From: a virus
Direction: 5' to 3' (one strand)
IMG/VR virus record: IMGVR_UViG_3300021170_000008
Coordinates: 32,001-96,000 of that record
Length of the DNA stretch: 64,000 nucleotides
The notes under the pieces are model-generated. The model had not been told where the DNA came from. It did not search any database and was given only the letters and a program-made list of their open reading frames with translations. This document shows, piece by piece, positions 9,304 through 18,141 of this stretch. How positions within the stretch are numbered: position 1 is the stretch's first letter; every line of letters starts with the position of its first letter. The position numbers were made by a program, and so were the translations under genes.

Positions 9304-10644
9304 ATGGAGCCACTCCCGCCCGTTCCGCCGGAAGAGCTATCCCTTCCATCAAGCTCCGAGACTGAGCGTATAGTTTTAGGGTCCTGCTGTCTGGGGACGG
9401 CTTACGCAACGGAAGCCGTAGCGCGTTTAACGACTGACGATTTCTACGGCCAGACCAACCGGCGAACTTTCCAGTGCATAAAAGAACTCGTCACCGCCGG
9501 GATAACCGCAGACTACGTTACCGTTTTTGAAAAAGCAGTGCTCGCTGGATGGCACCTGGAGATCAGCCAGACGTTCCTGATGGGCCTGACGGAGGGCATC
9601 CCGGACCTGATCAGCCTGACGGCTTATATCGACATCCTGATCGAGAAATCCACGTTACGGCGGTTGATCCGGATCGGCATGGAGACCCAGGCGCTGGCCT
9701 TGCGTGGGGATTTTTCGTCCGGCGAGATCGTAGGTAAGTTGACCGAGCGCCTGGGCGGCGTAGTACGTGACAAGCAGGAAGGTCCGCGGTCGCTAAAAGT
9801 ATTCGTCGATACTTTTGAGGGTGGAATTGGGAAGCTGCTAGATCCGAGCTTGGCTGATCCAGGCATCCCGACCCGCTTTACGAGAATCGACGAGCTTACT
9901 GGAGGGTTTCATGAGTCAGAAATCTGGTTACTTGGCGGTTATACGGCATCCGGGAAAACCAGTATGCTACAGAACATCATCACCAACATCGCCCTATCCG
10001 GAAAGCGTGTTGTGTTTTTCAGCCTGGAGATGCCCACGCGCCGGATCTTCGAGCGCATGATCTGCGAACGCGCTGGGATCAGCATGACCCGTTTCCGTGC
10101 TGGTGGATTGCCAGCAGACGACAGAAAACTCATCCAAGAAGCCTCTAACGTCGTCTACGATCTTCCAGTTTTGATCGACCACCGCAGCGGTCGCAAGGCA
10201 TCCGACATCGCCATGGCGGTAAAAGCGATCCACCAAAAAACTCCTGTGTCGCTCGTGTGCATAGACTACATCCAGCTTGTGCGACCGGCGCATCGTAGCT
10301 CGTCTGGGAACGAACGTCTGACGGAAATAACGACCGACATCCAGCAGTTGGCGAAAGATACCGGCATCCCGTTCCTGATCGCGTCGCAGTTGAACCGCGA
10401 GTCGCAAAAACGCGGCTACCAATCGAAAAAAGAGATCGTCCCACAGCTTTCAGATTTTCGCGATTCTGGATCTATCGAACAGTGCGCTAACGTCGCGATG
10501 ATCATCAACCGTCCACAGGTTGATCAGGTTCGCGGTGACTCTAGCTCACGCGCCGACATTCACGTATTGAAGAATCGTGACGGCGCAATCGGCGTCGTGC
10601 CGCTGCGCTTTACGGGATGGAAGTTCAGCTTCGCAAATTCGTAA
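9304..10644 (+). CDS. dnaB: replicative DNA helicase
   Basis: N-terminal DnaB domain, Walker A GYTASGKT, FSLEM, IDYIQL, SQLNR, RDSGSIEQ, KNRDG. Confidence 0.95.
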   Translation: MEPLPPVPPEELSLPSSSETERIVLGSCCLGTAYATEAVARLTTDDFYGQTNRRTFQCIKELVTAGITADYVTVFEKAVLAGWHLEISQTFLMGLTEGIPDLISLTAYIDILIEKSTLRRLIRIGMETQALALRGDFSSGEIVGKLTERLGGVVRDKQEGPRSLKVFVDTFEGGIGKLLDPSLADPGIPTRFTRIDELTGGFHESEIWLLGGYTASGKTSMLQNIITNIALSGKRVVFFSLEMPTRRIFERMICERAGISMTRFRAGGLPADDRKLIQEASNVVYDLPVLIDHRSGRKASDIAMAVKAIHQKTPVSLVCIDYIQLVRPAHRSSSGNERLTEITTDIQQLAKDTGIPFLIASQLNRESQKRGYQSKKEIVPQLSDFRDSGSIEQCANVAMIINRPQVDQVRGDSSSRADIHVLKNRDGAIGVVPLRFTGWKFSFANS

Positions 10645-10650
10645 CGAAGT

Positions 10651-10682
10651 GCTTGACACGATGTACGGAAACGCCGCATACT
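10651..10682 (+). promoter_or_regulatory. sigma70-type promoter
   Basis: GCTTGACA-18-CATACT. Confidence 0.5.
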
Positions 10683-10725
10683 TAATCGTTCAGAAATCCA
10701 AACGCAGTACTTTTCGAGGTATCTA

Positions 10726-11496
10726 ATGGCCGACATCGCGATCCGCGACAACTCAGACGCCGTATTTCTATCTACAATACTCAGCCCGGAAGAGAAAGAG
10801 ATCATCCGCGAACTGCTCACAACTACGCGCCCGGCAAACGAGGTCATCCCGGATGATATTTCATCTTCCGACCTGTGGATGATGCTGGCGGCAACGTGTA
10901 AGGGCGTCAAGGGCGTAGAAGACGCTAAGAGCCGCCTGAAAATCTTCCTTGGAAGAATGTTGGTCCAGCTTCAAAAACACCCCGAACTGTATCAGGCCCA
11001 CGGCTATCCCAACTACAATTCCTTTATGACCGAGGGCGTCCAGGCGCTGTTCGGCGTCAGTCGCAACGAAGCGTTCGTCTGCAAGAAAATCATCGAAGAG
11101 CTTGGCGACCGTCTGACCATCGAAGAGATGTCCGACATGGGGATCAGCAACTTGAATCTGGTGGCCAATGCGATCCGGCAGAAGGTCCCAGACGGCGTCG
11201 CTTCGGACGTTCGGGAACGCGAGATAACGTACTGGGTCGATCACGGCAAGACCGATAATTACGCGACCCTCAAAGAGCGTCTAGTGATCCGTGGCATTAT
11301 CGATGAGGGCGAAATCGATATGCAGATGCTCAGTATAAATCTCCAGAAAAGTGTCCGGGATCGCTGGATGCGGTTCCGGAAACAAGACTGGGTCAAGGCT
11401 CACGCAGGCGAGACGGATTCGATGATCTTAGACGCGCTCATGTCTGAAGCAATGTGCTGGGAAGCGACTGTCGAACGGGAGCGGGAGCAGGCGTGA
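10726..11496 (+). CDS. hypothetical protein
   Basis: SD GAGG; 256-aa ORF with own promoter. Confidence 0.7.
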   Translation: MADIAIRDNSDAVFLSTILSPEEKEIIRELLTTTRPANEVIPDDISSSDLWMMLAATCKGVKGVEDAKSRLKIFLGRMLVQLQKHPELYQAHGYPNYNSFMTEGVQALFGVSRNEAFVCKKIIEELGDRLTIEEMSDMGISNLNLVANAIRQKVPDGVASDVREREITYWVDHGKTDNYATLKERLVIRGIIDEGEIDMQMLSINLQKSVRDRWMRFRKQDWVKAHAGETDSMILDALMSEAMCWEATVEREREQA

Positions 11497-12065
11497 AGAA
11501 GATCCCGACAATGTTCGAGCGTGACTGGGCTGGCGATAAAAGCCGGGTCATAAACAAGATCCATCCAGGCTGTGAATGGGTCGCTAGCGGTGAAGGCGTT
11601 GCCACGCGCAAGATCGACGGCACTAGCTGTATGGTGCGTGACGGCAGGCTTTATAAGCGCAAAGAGCTACGGGCCGGTGAGCCGCAGCCTGCGGACTTTG
11701 AACTTTCCGACAAAGACGAAGAGATCGGAAAAACGATAGGCTGGCTGCCGGTAGGCAACGGCCCGGAGGATAAGTGGCACCGTGAAGCATTCGCGGCAGT
11801 AGCATTGCCGGACGGTACGTACGAACTTGTCGGCCCTAAGATCCAGGGGAACCCGGAGGGGTTTACGTATCACTGCTTAGTGCCGCATGACGAGACCGGA
11901 GAGCTACCGGATGTCCCGCTAACCTTTGATGAACTTAAGGAATTTCTGGACGGTCAGGATATCGAAGGTATCGTTTTCCATCACCCAGACGGCAGGATGG
12001 CTAAGATCAAGTTGAAGGATTTTGGCTTGAAACGCATGAGGCCGATGGATGCGCTCAGCGCGTAG
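11493..12065 (+). CDS. RLIG1/DUF5565-type ATP-dependent RNA ligase
   Basis: KKIPT.FER start, motif I RKIDG, YELVGPKIQGNP, EGIVF and AKIK motifs. Confidence 0.75.
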   Translation: MKKIPTMFERDWAGDKSRVINKIHPGCEWVASGEGVATRKIDGTSCMVRDGRLYKRKELRAGEPQPADFELSDKDEEIGKTIGWLPVGNGPEDKWHREAFAAVALPDGTYELVGPKIQGNPEGFTYHCLVPHDETGELPDVPLTFDELKEFLDGQDIEGIVFHHPDGRMAKIKLKDFGLKRMRPMDALSA

Positions 12066-12363
12066 CAAGGGCCTCAAAGATCCGGCTTATTTAGCTTTTG
12101 TCCATGAATTTACCTGTGTTGCCTGCGCCGGAGTGGTCGTAAAAAGAGTATCAGGTAGGCCAGTCCAGGCTCATCATGCGGGAGCGCGGGGATTGGGGCA
12201 GAAATGCTCAGACAGGGAAACAATCCCGCTCTGTTCACTGCACCATTTGGTAGGAAAGGACGCTATCCATGTCCTTGGTAGGAGATTCTGGGATTACCAC
12301 GGACTAGACAAAGATCGAATAATCGAGACGCTAAACAAGCTGTATGATTCGCGGGAGAAGTAG
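12049..12363 (+). CDS. DUF968-like HNH/zinc protein
   Basis: YL.FV...CVAC, AHH, K.SD..TIPLC..HH motifs. Confidence 0.75.
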   Translation: MRSARSKGLKDPAYLAFVHEFTCVACAGVVVKRVSGRPVQAHHAGARGLGQKCSDRETIPLCSLHHLVGKDAIHVLGRRFWDYHGLDKDRIIETLNKLYDSREK

Positions 12364-12845
12364 TGATCACATTTACCGTCTACGGAACGCCTGCACCAAA
12401 GGGCAGCAAGAGATTTGTCGGGCTAAGTAAGCTCGGACGCGGAATCCTCGTAGAGTCAAGCAAGAAAGAAAAGCCATGGGCTGAGGCAGTTAAGTACGCC
12501 GCGCTACAAGCCAAGGAGGATGCCGGTGGCGGTCTTGATGGGCCGATCTCAGTCGTCATGTTTTTCACTCTCAAAAAACCGGCTTCCGCACCGAAACGTA
12601 AGATTACTTACCCAGACAAAAAGCCGGACTTGGACAAGATTATCCGGAGCACGGCAGACGCCATGGTTGCATCTGGGATAATTCATGACGACTCAAGGAT
12701 AGTTCAGATAGTAGCGGCTAAATTCTATCCTGGAGAAGCCTCACAGGCATTAACATCACCTGGGGTCAGGATTACCATCAGCGATTACCGCTTGACAAAT
12801 ACTCAGGCCGTGAGTGATTCTGGTACTGAAGGAGAACTTCAGTAA
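12363..12845 (+). CDS. rusA: Holliday junction resolvase, RusA family
   Basis: G.PAPKGS, KPDLDK..RST.DA and DDSRIV motifs. Confidence 0.9.
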   Translation: MITFTVYGTPAPKGSKRFVGLSKLGRGILVESSKKEKPWAEAVKYAALQAKEDAGGGLDGPISVVMFFTLKKPASAPKRKITYPDKKPDLDKIIRSTADAMVASGIIHDDSRIVQIVAAKFYPGEASQALTSPGVRITISDYRLTNTQAVSDSGTEGELQ

Positions 12846-13117
12846 TGAATATCGAGCAGATGGTTTTACAGTTGACCGCACAAAAGAATCGCCTGGATGT
12901 GGCGATCTCCGCGCTCCAGGCTTGCAATGGCACCCGGCGTGGACGACCACGAAAGATTTCTCTTCCTGAATTCGACTATCACCGTGGCCAGGAATTCGAA
13001 AGGCCGCGTAAGAAGAAGCGTCACATGAGCCCCGAAGGCCGTCTGGCGATCCAGAAAGCTATCCAGAAGATGTGGAAGCGCCGGAGAGCGGAAGCCAAGG
13101 CCAAGAAAACTAAGTAG
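12845..13117 (+). CDS. small basic nucleoid-associated-type protein
   Basis: Coiled coil + RRGRPRK + MSPEGRLAI..KMW; own TTGACA promoter near 12792. Confidence 0.65.
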   Translation: MNIEQMVLQLTAQKNRLDVAISALQACNGTRRGRPRKISLPEFDYHRGQEFERPRKKKRHMSPEGRLAIQKAIQKMWKRRRAEAKAKKTK

Positions 13118-13133
13118 GTAACAAGGAGAAAAT

Positions 13134-13541
13134 ATGCCTGGATGGTTTGGTGTTGGGTTGGATGGAACACTAGCTAAAAACGAGGGGGCCGATCTTGCGA
13201 AGACTATTGGCGAGCCAGTTCCTCTCATGGTTAAGCGAGTCCAAAAATGGATCTCTGGCGGTATCGAAGTCCGGATCTTCACGGATCGGGTGGCGGAAAC
13301 AGGCCACGAGGGATTCTACTCATATCATTCAAAACTAACCCCACAGGGGCAACGTAAGATCATCGAAGATTGGTGCCTTGATCACATCGGCACCGTGCTA
13401 CCGGTAACCTGCGTGAAGGATTGGGGTATGGTAGTACCTTACGATCATCGCGCCGTAAGTGTTGAAAGGAATACCGGAAGACTGGCTTCAGTCCATGGGG
13501 ACAGTGATGATGTCGATGTCGATACTGTTGAAGCCGCTTAA
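13134..13541 (+). CDS. HAD-superfamily (PNK phosphatase-like) protein, degenerate
   Basis: GVGLDGTLA (DxDGT with first Asp as Gly), IGEPVP, TCVKD, YDHRAV. Confidence 0.65.
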   Translation: MPGWFGVGLDGTLAKNEGADLAKTIGEPVPLMVKRVQKWISGGIEVRIFTDRVAETGHEGFYSYHSKLTPQGQRKIIEDWCLDHIGTVLPVTCVKDWGMVVPYDHRAVSVERNTGRLASVHGDSDDVDVDTVEAA

Positions 13542-14917
13542 TGACGCCGGTAATGATCCCAGACTTTCCACTTTCCGACCAAGACCTGCTTGAAGCCGGG
13601 ATGTTTGCGGCAAAGGAAGCAAAGTTCGATCTGGCCGAGCGCTTATTCCTGGGCTCGGTCAGTCTGAACGGGAGAAACTATCACTCTCTCGGGAATCTGG
13701 GATCGCTGCTGAGCCGTTCAGGCCGTCTGGATGAAGCCCAGGAGTACCTGACCAGAGCTATCGCGACACGTCCTAGCCACGCTGTCGCCTGGGCTATGCT
13801 AGCGACGGTCTACAATCATAAAAATCAGTTCCTTGACGCCCGGCTGTGCGATCAACGAGCTATCGAGCTTGATCCGTCTCACGCTGAGTTTCACAAGCAT
13901 CTAGCCGGGCAGTGGGAGATCGCCGGTAACTGGGACAAAGCCGAAGAGTGCTACAAAAAAGCCGTCGAACTGGCCCCTGCTGACGCCTATATCCGTACCG
14001 GCTGGGGCATGGTCAAGATGCTCCGGGGGGATTTCGCTTACGGGTTACCACTCTATGAGTGCCGCAGGCAGCTTTCTGAAGCGTATAACGTCGGAATCAA
14101 GGGAGTGACGCAGCATCCCATTGAGATCTTCGCCCGGTGGGCCACACACAACGAAGAGTGTGAGCAGATTGTAATTGAATGCGAACAGGGCGTGGGGGAT
14201 CTGTTCCAGATGTCCCGCTACGCGCCGATGCTTCAGAAGCTGTTCCCTAACGCCAATATCGTACTGCATTGTTTCCCGGCGCTCGTAGATCTCATGAAGC
14301 GTTTCTACGGGTTCCACGACATCGTATCGCAGGACGAAGAGATTGAACATGCTAGCAACTCGTTCTCGGTAGCCGTGATGTCGCTGCCCTATCTGGCGAC
14401 ACTGTTTGGTCAGGATATATATCAGCCACCGACGCAGGTGAATCTGGAGGGATTGCCGCCGGTGTTGCGGAATGTGCCTGGGAGAGATTTCAAGATTGGC
14501 GTCTGCTGGAAGGGCAATCCAGGGCATGGACTAGATCGCTTTCGGTCTGTCCCATTCGAAGCATTCAGGCAGGCGCTTCCGTATGTGCAGAGCTATACGA
14601 TAGTGAACTTACAGTACAAGGACACCGAAGCTCCGGATAACTGGGTGAGTGGCACTTTTACGTGGGAGCAGACTCTGGCCACAGTCTCTAAGATTGATCT
14701 TGTTTTGACTGTTGATACAGCCGTGGCACATCTTGCCGGAACCATCGGGAAACCTGTCTGGCTGCTCACCGCTGCGTTAAATGATTTTCGGTGGCAATTA
14801 GAAAAGGAGACCACCCCATGGTACAACTCTATGATACTTATAAGGCAGGAGAAATTATTGTCATGGGAGCCGGTAATGGCCAGGGTAAGGCAAATGCTGC
14901 AAAAATCCGTCCAATGA
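13541..14917 (+). CDS. TPR-repeat + GT9-like glycosyltransferase
   Basis: TPR repeats, EQGVGD.FQ..RY, IGVCW.GNP.H..D..RS, DLVLTVDTAVAHLAG. Confidence 0.85.
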   Translation: MTPVMIPDFPLSDQDLLEAGMFAAKEAKFDLAERLFLGSVSLNGRNYHSLGNLGSLLSRSGRLDEAQEYLTRAIATRPSHAVAWAMLATVYNHKNQFLDARLCDQRAIELDPSHAEFHKHLAGQWEIAGNWDKAEECYKKAVELAPADAYIRTGWGMVKMLRGDFAYGLPLYECRRQLSEAYNVGIKGVTQHPIEIFARWATHNEECEQIVIECEQGVGDLFQMSRYAPMLQKLFPNANIVLHCFPALVDLMKRFYGFHDIVSQDEEIEHASNSFSVAVMSLPYLATLFGQDIYQPPTQVNLEGLPPVLRNVPGRDFKIGVCWKGNPGHGLDRFRSVPFEAFRQALPYVQSYTIVNLQYKDTEAPDNWVSGTFTWEQTLATVSKIDLVLTVDTAVAHLAGTIGKPVWLLTAALNDFRWQLEKETTPWYNSMILIRQEKLLSWEPVMARVRQMLQKSVQ

Positions 14918-15390
14918 AGTTAAACGCCAAGTCCACGGCTCTTTTTTGGACTCACGTAAACGTAAGAGAAGAAGATAAATGCTGGGAGTGGATGGCGTAC
15001 CGGAATCCAGACGGATACGGGATTATGGGCGTTGGTCGTGGAACCGCATCAGCGCATAGATACAGCTACTTGCTAGCGTTCGGGGACTTCGATCTGTCTC
15101 TTCGTGTTCGACACACCTGCGACAATCCTCCGTGCGTTAATCCTAAACACCTATTACTTGGTACGCAGGGTGACAATGTGATTGATTGTATTACTAGGGG
15201 GCGTAGGGGTGATATGTCACGTCCAGGTTCGCGGAATGCTATGGCGAAGCTCACCGAAGAATTAGTACTGAGGTTACGGTCTGAATGGATTCCAAGGATT
15301 GTTACTGCGAGAGACCTTAGCGCAAAATTTAATGTGCCGCATAGCACGGTATCGAAGGTATTATTGCGAAAAACCTGGAAGCATGTCTGA
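14914..15390 (+). CDS. HNH homing endonuclease
   Basis: CWEW, AHRYSY, H.CDNPPCVNP.HL..GT..DN, C-terminal HTH. Confidence 0.9.
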   Translation: MKLNAKSTALFWTHVNVREEDKCWEWMAYRNPDGYGIMGVGRGTASAHRYSYLLAFGDFDLSLRVRHTCDNPPCVNPKHLLLGTQGDNVIDCITRGRRGDMSRPGSRNAMAKLTEELVLRLRSEWIPRIVTARDLSAKFNVPHSTVSKVLLRKTWKHV

Positions 15391-15489
15391 TTGCTCCAGC
15401 TTCGTGATCTCCGTCGTCACGGGTTCTGGTAGATATTTATTACCTACCGGGGGAGGCCGGTGGCGGCGGGGATCAGGAGGCTGTATAGC

Positions 15490-15627
15490 GTGATACGCGA
15501 TATCCCAGACTTCCCGAAGTATGGAGTTGATGATCTTGGAAAGTATCCGGAGCTTGGTAGAAAGTATGGCGTTAGTAGTAAAATGGCTGGCTATATTATT
15601 CGCCGTCAGTCTTGGACACATATATGA
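15490..15627 (+). pseudogene. internally deleted NUMOD4-HNH remnant (45 aa)
   Basis: IRDIPDFPKYGVDDLG joined directly to LGRKYGVS...RRQSWTHI; SD AGGAGG. Confidence 0.55.
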
Positions 15628-16658
15628 TCCGAGCTTGCTTGCCGGTAGGGGATACATGGGGTTGGGGGGTTTGTGGGCGCAATCTACTCCAAGAACTTAC
15701 CAAGCTAACCGATATAGGGCAAATCACAGATCCAGGATTGCCCCTATTGATGGCAGTGCAGGGAGCTAATTTCCAACCACTAAAGTACGTCCCATCCGGA
15801 CCTAGGAATGTTGGATTTGCCTTCATTGAACAACCATCGGAGGCTGTAAAATACATTGAGACATATAAGACCTACTACACCGATCTTATCTGCGGGTCAC
15901 AGTGGATGGCCGAGATGATGCGGGAGATTGGTGTAGAGCGTACCCGCGTAGTACTACAAGGGTTAGACTCGGAAATCTTTAAGCCATCACCAGAACCAAG
16001 AGATCTAAATTCCCCATTTACAGTCTTTGTTGGATCAAAAGCCGAACTCCGTAAAGGGACAGATATCGCTATCGCGGCCCTGGCGATCTTCCTGAGCAAG
16101 CACGCAGACGCGCAGGCGATCCTGGCTGTGGGTAACCAGTGGCCCATAACGATGCACACGCTAGCGAATAGTAAGTGGATCAACTACCAACCAATCAGCG
16201 ATGACTGGCGCATCCAGATCCGTGCTGTGCTTACTGGCAACAATATATCCTTGTCTCAGGTTGAGCTTCCTGAGCTTAGCACCAATCTGATGATGCCAGA
16301 TCTCTACCGGCGCTGCGACGTGGGATTATTTTTAAGTCGGGCCGAAGCCGGTACAAATATGGTCCTTAACGAAGCCGTGGCCTGCGGCGTCATGCCCATT
16401 GCGTCATTCGCCACGGGACACACAGATGTCCTACGTGGTTTGGCTGGGGCTCAGAGTCTTTGTAACGGCAAGACTGATGGACCTGACGGCTGGTGGGAGC
16501 CGAACGACCTGGATGATATTTTGAAATACCTAGAAATGGCTTATCAGGACCGACAGCTTACCCGCAACAACGGGTTAGCGGCAGCTAAGTCTATTAAGAA
16601 CGTCGTCAGGGACTGGCCCACTATGGCGAAGCGGATACTGGAGGTTTTGACTAAGTGA
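15624..16658 (+). CDS. GT-B (GT4-like) glycosyltransferase
   Basis: RKGTD, LYR.CD..LFLSRAE...L.EAVACG motifs. Confidence 0.85.
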   Translation: MIRACLPVGDTWGWGVCGRNLLQELTKLTDIGQITDPGLPLLMAVQGANFQPLKYVPSGPRNVGFAFIEQPSEAVKYIETYKTYYTDLICGSQWMAEMMREIGVERTRVVLQGLDSEIFKPSPEPRDLNSPFTVFVGSKAELRKGTDIAIAALAIFLSKHADAQAILAVGNQWPITMHTLANSKWINYQPISDDWRIQIRAVLTGNNISLSQVELPELSTNLMMPDLYRRCDVGLFLSRAEAGTNMVLNEAVACGVMPIASFATGHTDVLRGLAGAQSLCNGKTDGPDGWWEPNDLDDILKYLEMAYQDRQLTRNNGLAAAKSIKNVVRDWPTMAKRILEVLTK

Positions 16659-17032
16659 GAGAAAATATCGCCGCTAAGCTCATTGCGGCTGTTGTGATAT
16701 GCGTAGTTAGTGTTGGAACGACGGTAGTGGTTCTTCGTAGTCAGCCTAAGCCACCCGTGGCCCCACCCGACAAAGTCTCCCGGCTCAAGCTCGACATCGA
16801 GCGTGACCGCAGGTTGTGGTGGGCGACGCAGGCACAGTACGAGACCACGATTACAGATCAGCAGCGGCAGTTGCTCGGGACAATTCAGCAGCAGACTCAG
16901 AAAGTCCAGATGAAGATCAAGGAGCTTGACGGCTACCTGGGGTGCGAGTCACGCAAGCAGATCCTAGATGAAGATCTTCTGGAGTGTAAGGTGCCGGTTG
17001 GCCCAGGCTTACTATCAGGAAAAGACAAGTGA
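16655..17032 (+). CDS. membrane-anchored coiled-coil protein
   Basis: N-terminal hydrophobic helix, coiled coil, C-terminal Cys pair. Confidence 0.55.
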   Translation: MRENIAAKLIAAVVICVVSVGTTVVVLRSQPKPPVAPPDKVSRLKLDIERDRRLWWATQAQYETTITDQQRQLLGTIQQQTQKVQMKIKELDGYLGCESRKQILDEDLLECKVPVGPGLLSGKDK

Positions 17033-17658
17033 AGCTAACGCCGACCATCTCTTTATTGATCAAACAGACGATAGACACCTGCGCGAAGTCAATCTACCAG
17101 GAACAAGAAGGCGGAATCCATAGTGAGTTAGTACCGGCTGTCTGGAATTGGATTAAAGAGCGCGTTTCGATCCAGGTTGGTCAGCGAGTGCTAGATATAG
17201 GACCCGGCAACGGACTTGCTATAAATCTATTCCTTAAGGACGGCCTTGAGCCAATAGCTCTCTGCGGGAGCGAAGCTGAATGCGCCGCGATCAACACTTC
17301 AGGTACCGGCGCTGTCGCTCTCTGGGCCGACATGCACGAGATCTCGATGTTCAGTAACTTCTTTTCGGGCATCTTTGCTCGACACGCCCTGGAACATAGT
17401 TTCGCACCGTTAACTATGCTACTCGGGATGAAGTTCGCACTTAAGCCCGCTGGCTGGATTTACGTAGAGGTCCCTGCGCCGGGCACGGCCTGTAAGCATG
17501 ACTCTGACAATCCGAACCATTTCAGCGTCCTAAGCAGGCCGATGTGGCGCAAGCTGATCGCCGACGCAGGCTTCAAGATCATCGACGAAGCGTCTATCAC
17601 CTTCACCGTCCAGGCTGGCGACGACGAGTATTATAGTTTTCTCGCAGTTCACGCTTGA
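17029..17658 (+). CDS. class I SAM-dependent methyltransferase
   Basis: VLDIGPGNG, DMHE, RHALEH, LKPAG.IYVEVP. Confidence 0.85.
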   Translation: MKLTPTISLLIKQTIDTCAKSIYQEQEGGIHSELVPAVWNWIKERVSIQVGQRVLDIGPGNGLAINLFLKDGLEPIALCGSEAECAAINTSGTGAVALWADMHEISMFSNFFSGIFARHALEHSFAPLTMLLGMKFALKPAGWIYVEVPAPGTACKHDSDNPNHFSVLSRPMWRKLIADAGFKIIDEASITFTVQAGDDEYYSFLAVHA

Positions 17659-17707
17659 CAGCCCTTTCAAGCTCCGCCCCGAAGGCGACTATTTACTAAA
17701 ATAGCGC

Positions 17708-17736
17708 TTGACACGAAGTACGGCAAGATGTATGCT
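17708..17736 (+). promoter_or_regulatory. promoter of the Y RNA-Ro60 operon
   Basis: TTGACA-17-TATGCT; predicted +1 near 17743 equals the 5' end of Y RNA 1. Confidence 0.75.
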
Positions 17737-17742
17737 GGTTAA

Positions 17743-17865
17743 GTTCGGGTCGGCAGGTTAGCCTTATCTGGTTACCTTGGTTCGACTCCAAGACCCACGC
17801 AAGTGGGTTCTAGTAGCTCTGTTAAGGGGTTGCTAGTCGATGGCTGGCCACCCACTTATCCGGAC
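17743..17865 (+). ncRNA. Y RNA-like 1 (YrlA-type permuted tRNA mimic)
   Basis: GTTCGGGT/ATCCGGAC stem; T-arm CTTGG-TTCGACT-CCAAG; ACCCAC-GCAA-GTGGGT; TAGCTC-containing hairpin. Confidence 0.75.
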
Positions 17866-17881
17866 ACCTTTTAAGTTCTCA

Positions 17882-18015
17882 GATTCGGGTCGATAGATTA
17901 GGGTTATCTTTTATCAAAAGAGAGGTCGCTGGTTCGAGTCCAGCCGTGTCTCGCGAGGGGCGCGTAGCTCAGTTGGTAGGGCGCTAAAACGCCCTGGTTA
18001 ACACTTATCCGAGTC
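17882..18015 (+). ncRNA. yrlA: Y RNA-like 2 (canonical YrlA-type)
   Basis: GATTCGGGT/ATCCGAGTC stem; T-arm GCTGG-TTCGAGT-CCAGC, then loop-closed acceptor mimic, then D-arm TAGCTCAGTTGGTAGGGC. Confidence 0.85.
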
Positions 18016-18141
18016 GATACTGCGTAGTTTGACGGTGGTTGATGTGACTTGCCCGGAAACGGGCCGTGGAGCCACGGTTACCTTACTTGGGGCCACGGGT
18101 CTGTCGATCCATCTGCGTCCCGAAATAGGAGAAAAAATCAC

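Noticed and set aside
16655-17032. Spanin/lysis cassette (with 31500-31784)
   Set aside because: No lipoprotein partner, holin or endolysin is recognisable nearby.
17925-17985. Standalone tRNA gene upstream of Ro60
   Set aside because: The T arm precedes the D arm, the acceptor is loop-closed and there is no anticodon arm or CCA; this is the YrlA-type module.
18049-18141. 31-aa N-terminal extension of Ro60 from the TTG start
   Set aside because: A strong SD precedes ATG 18142, and the region is better explained as structured RNA.
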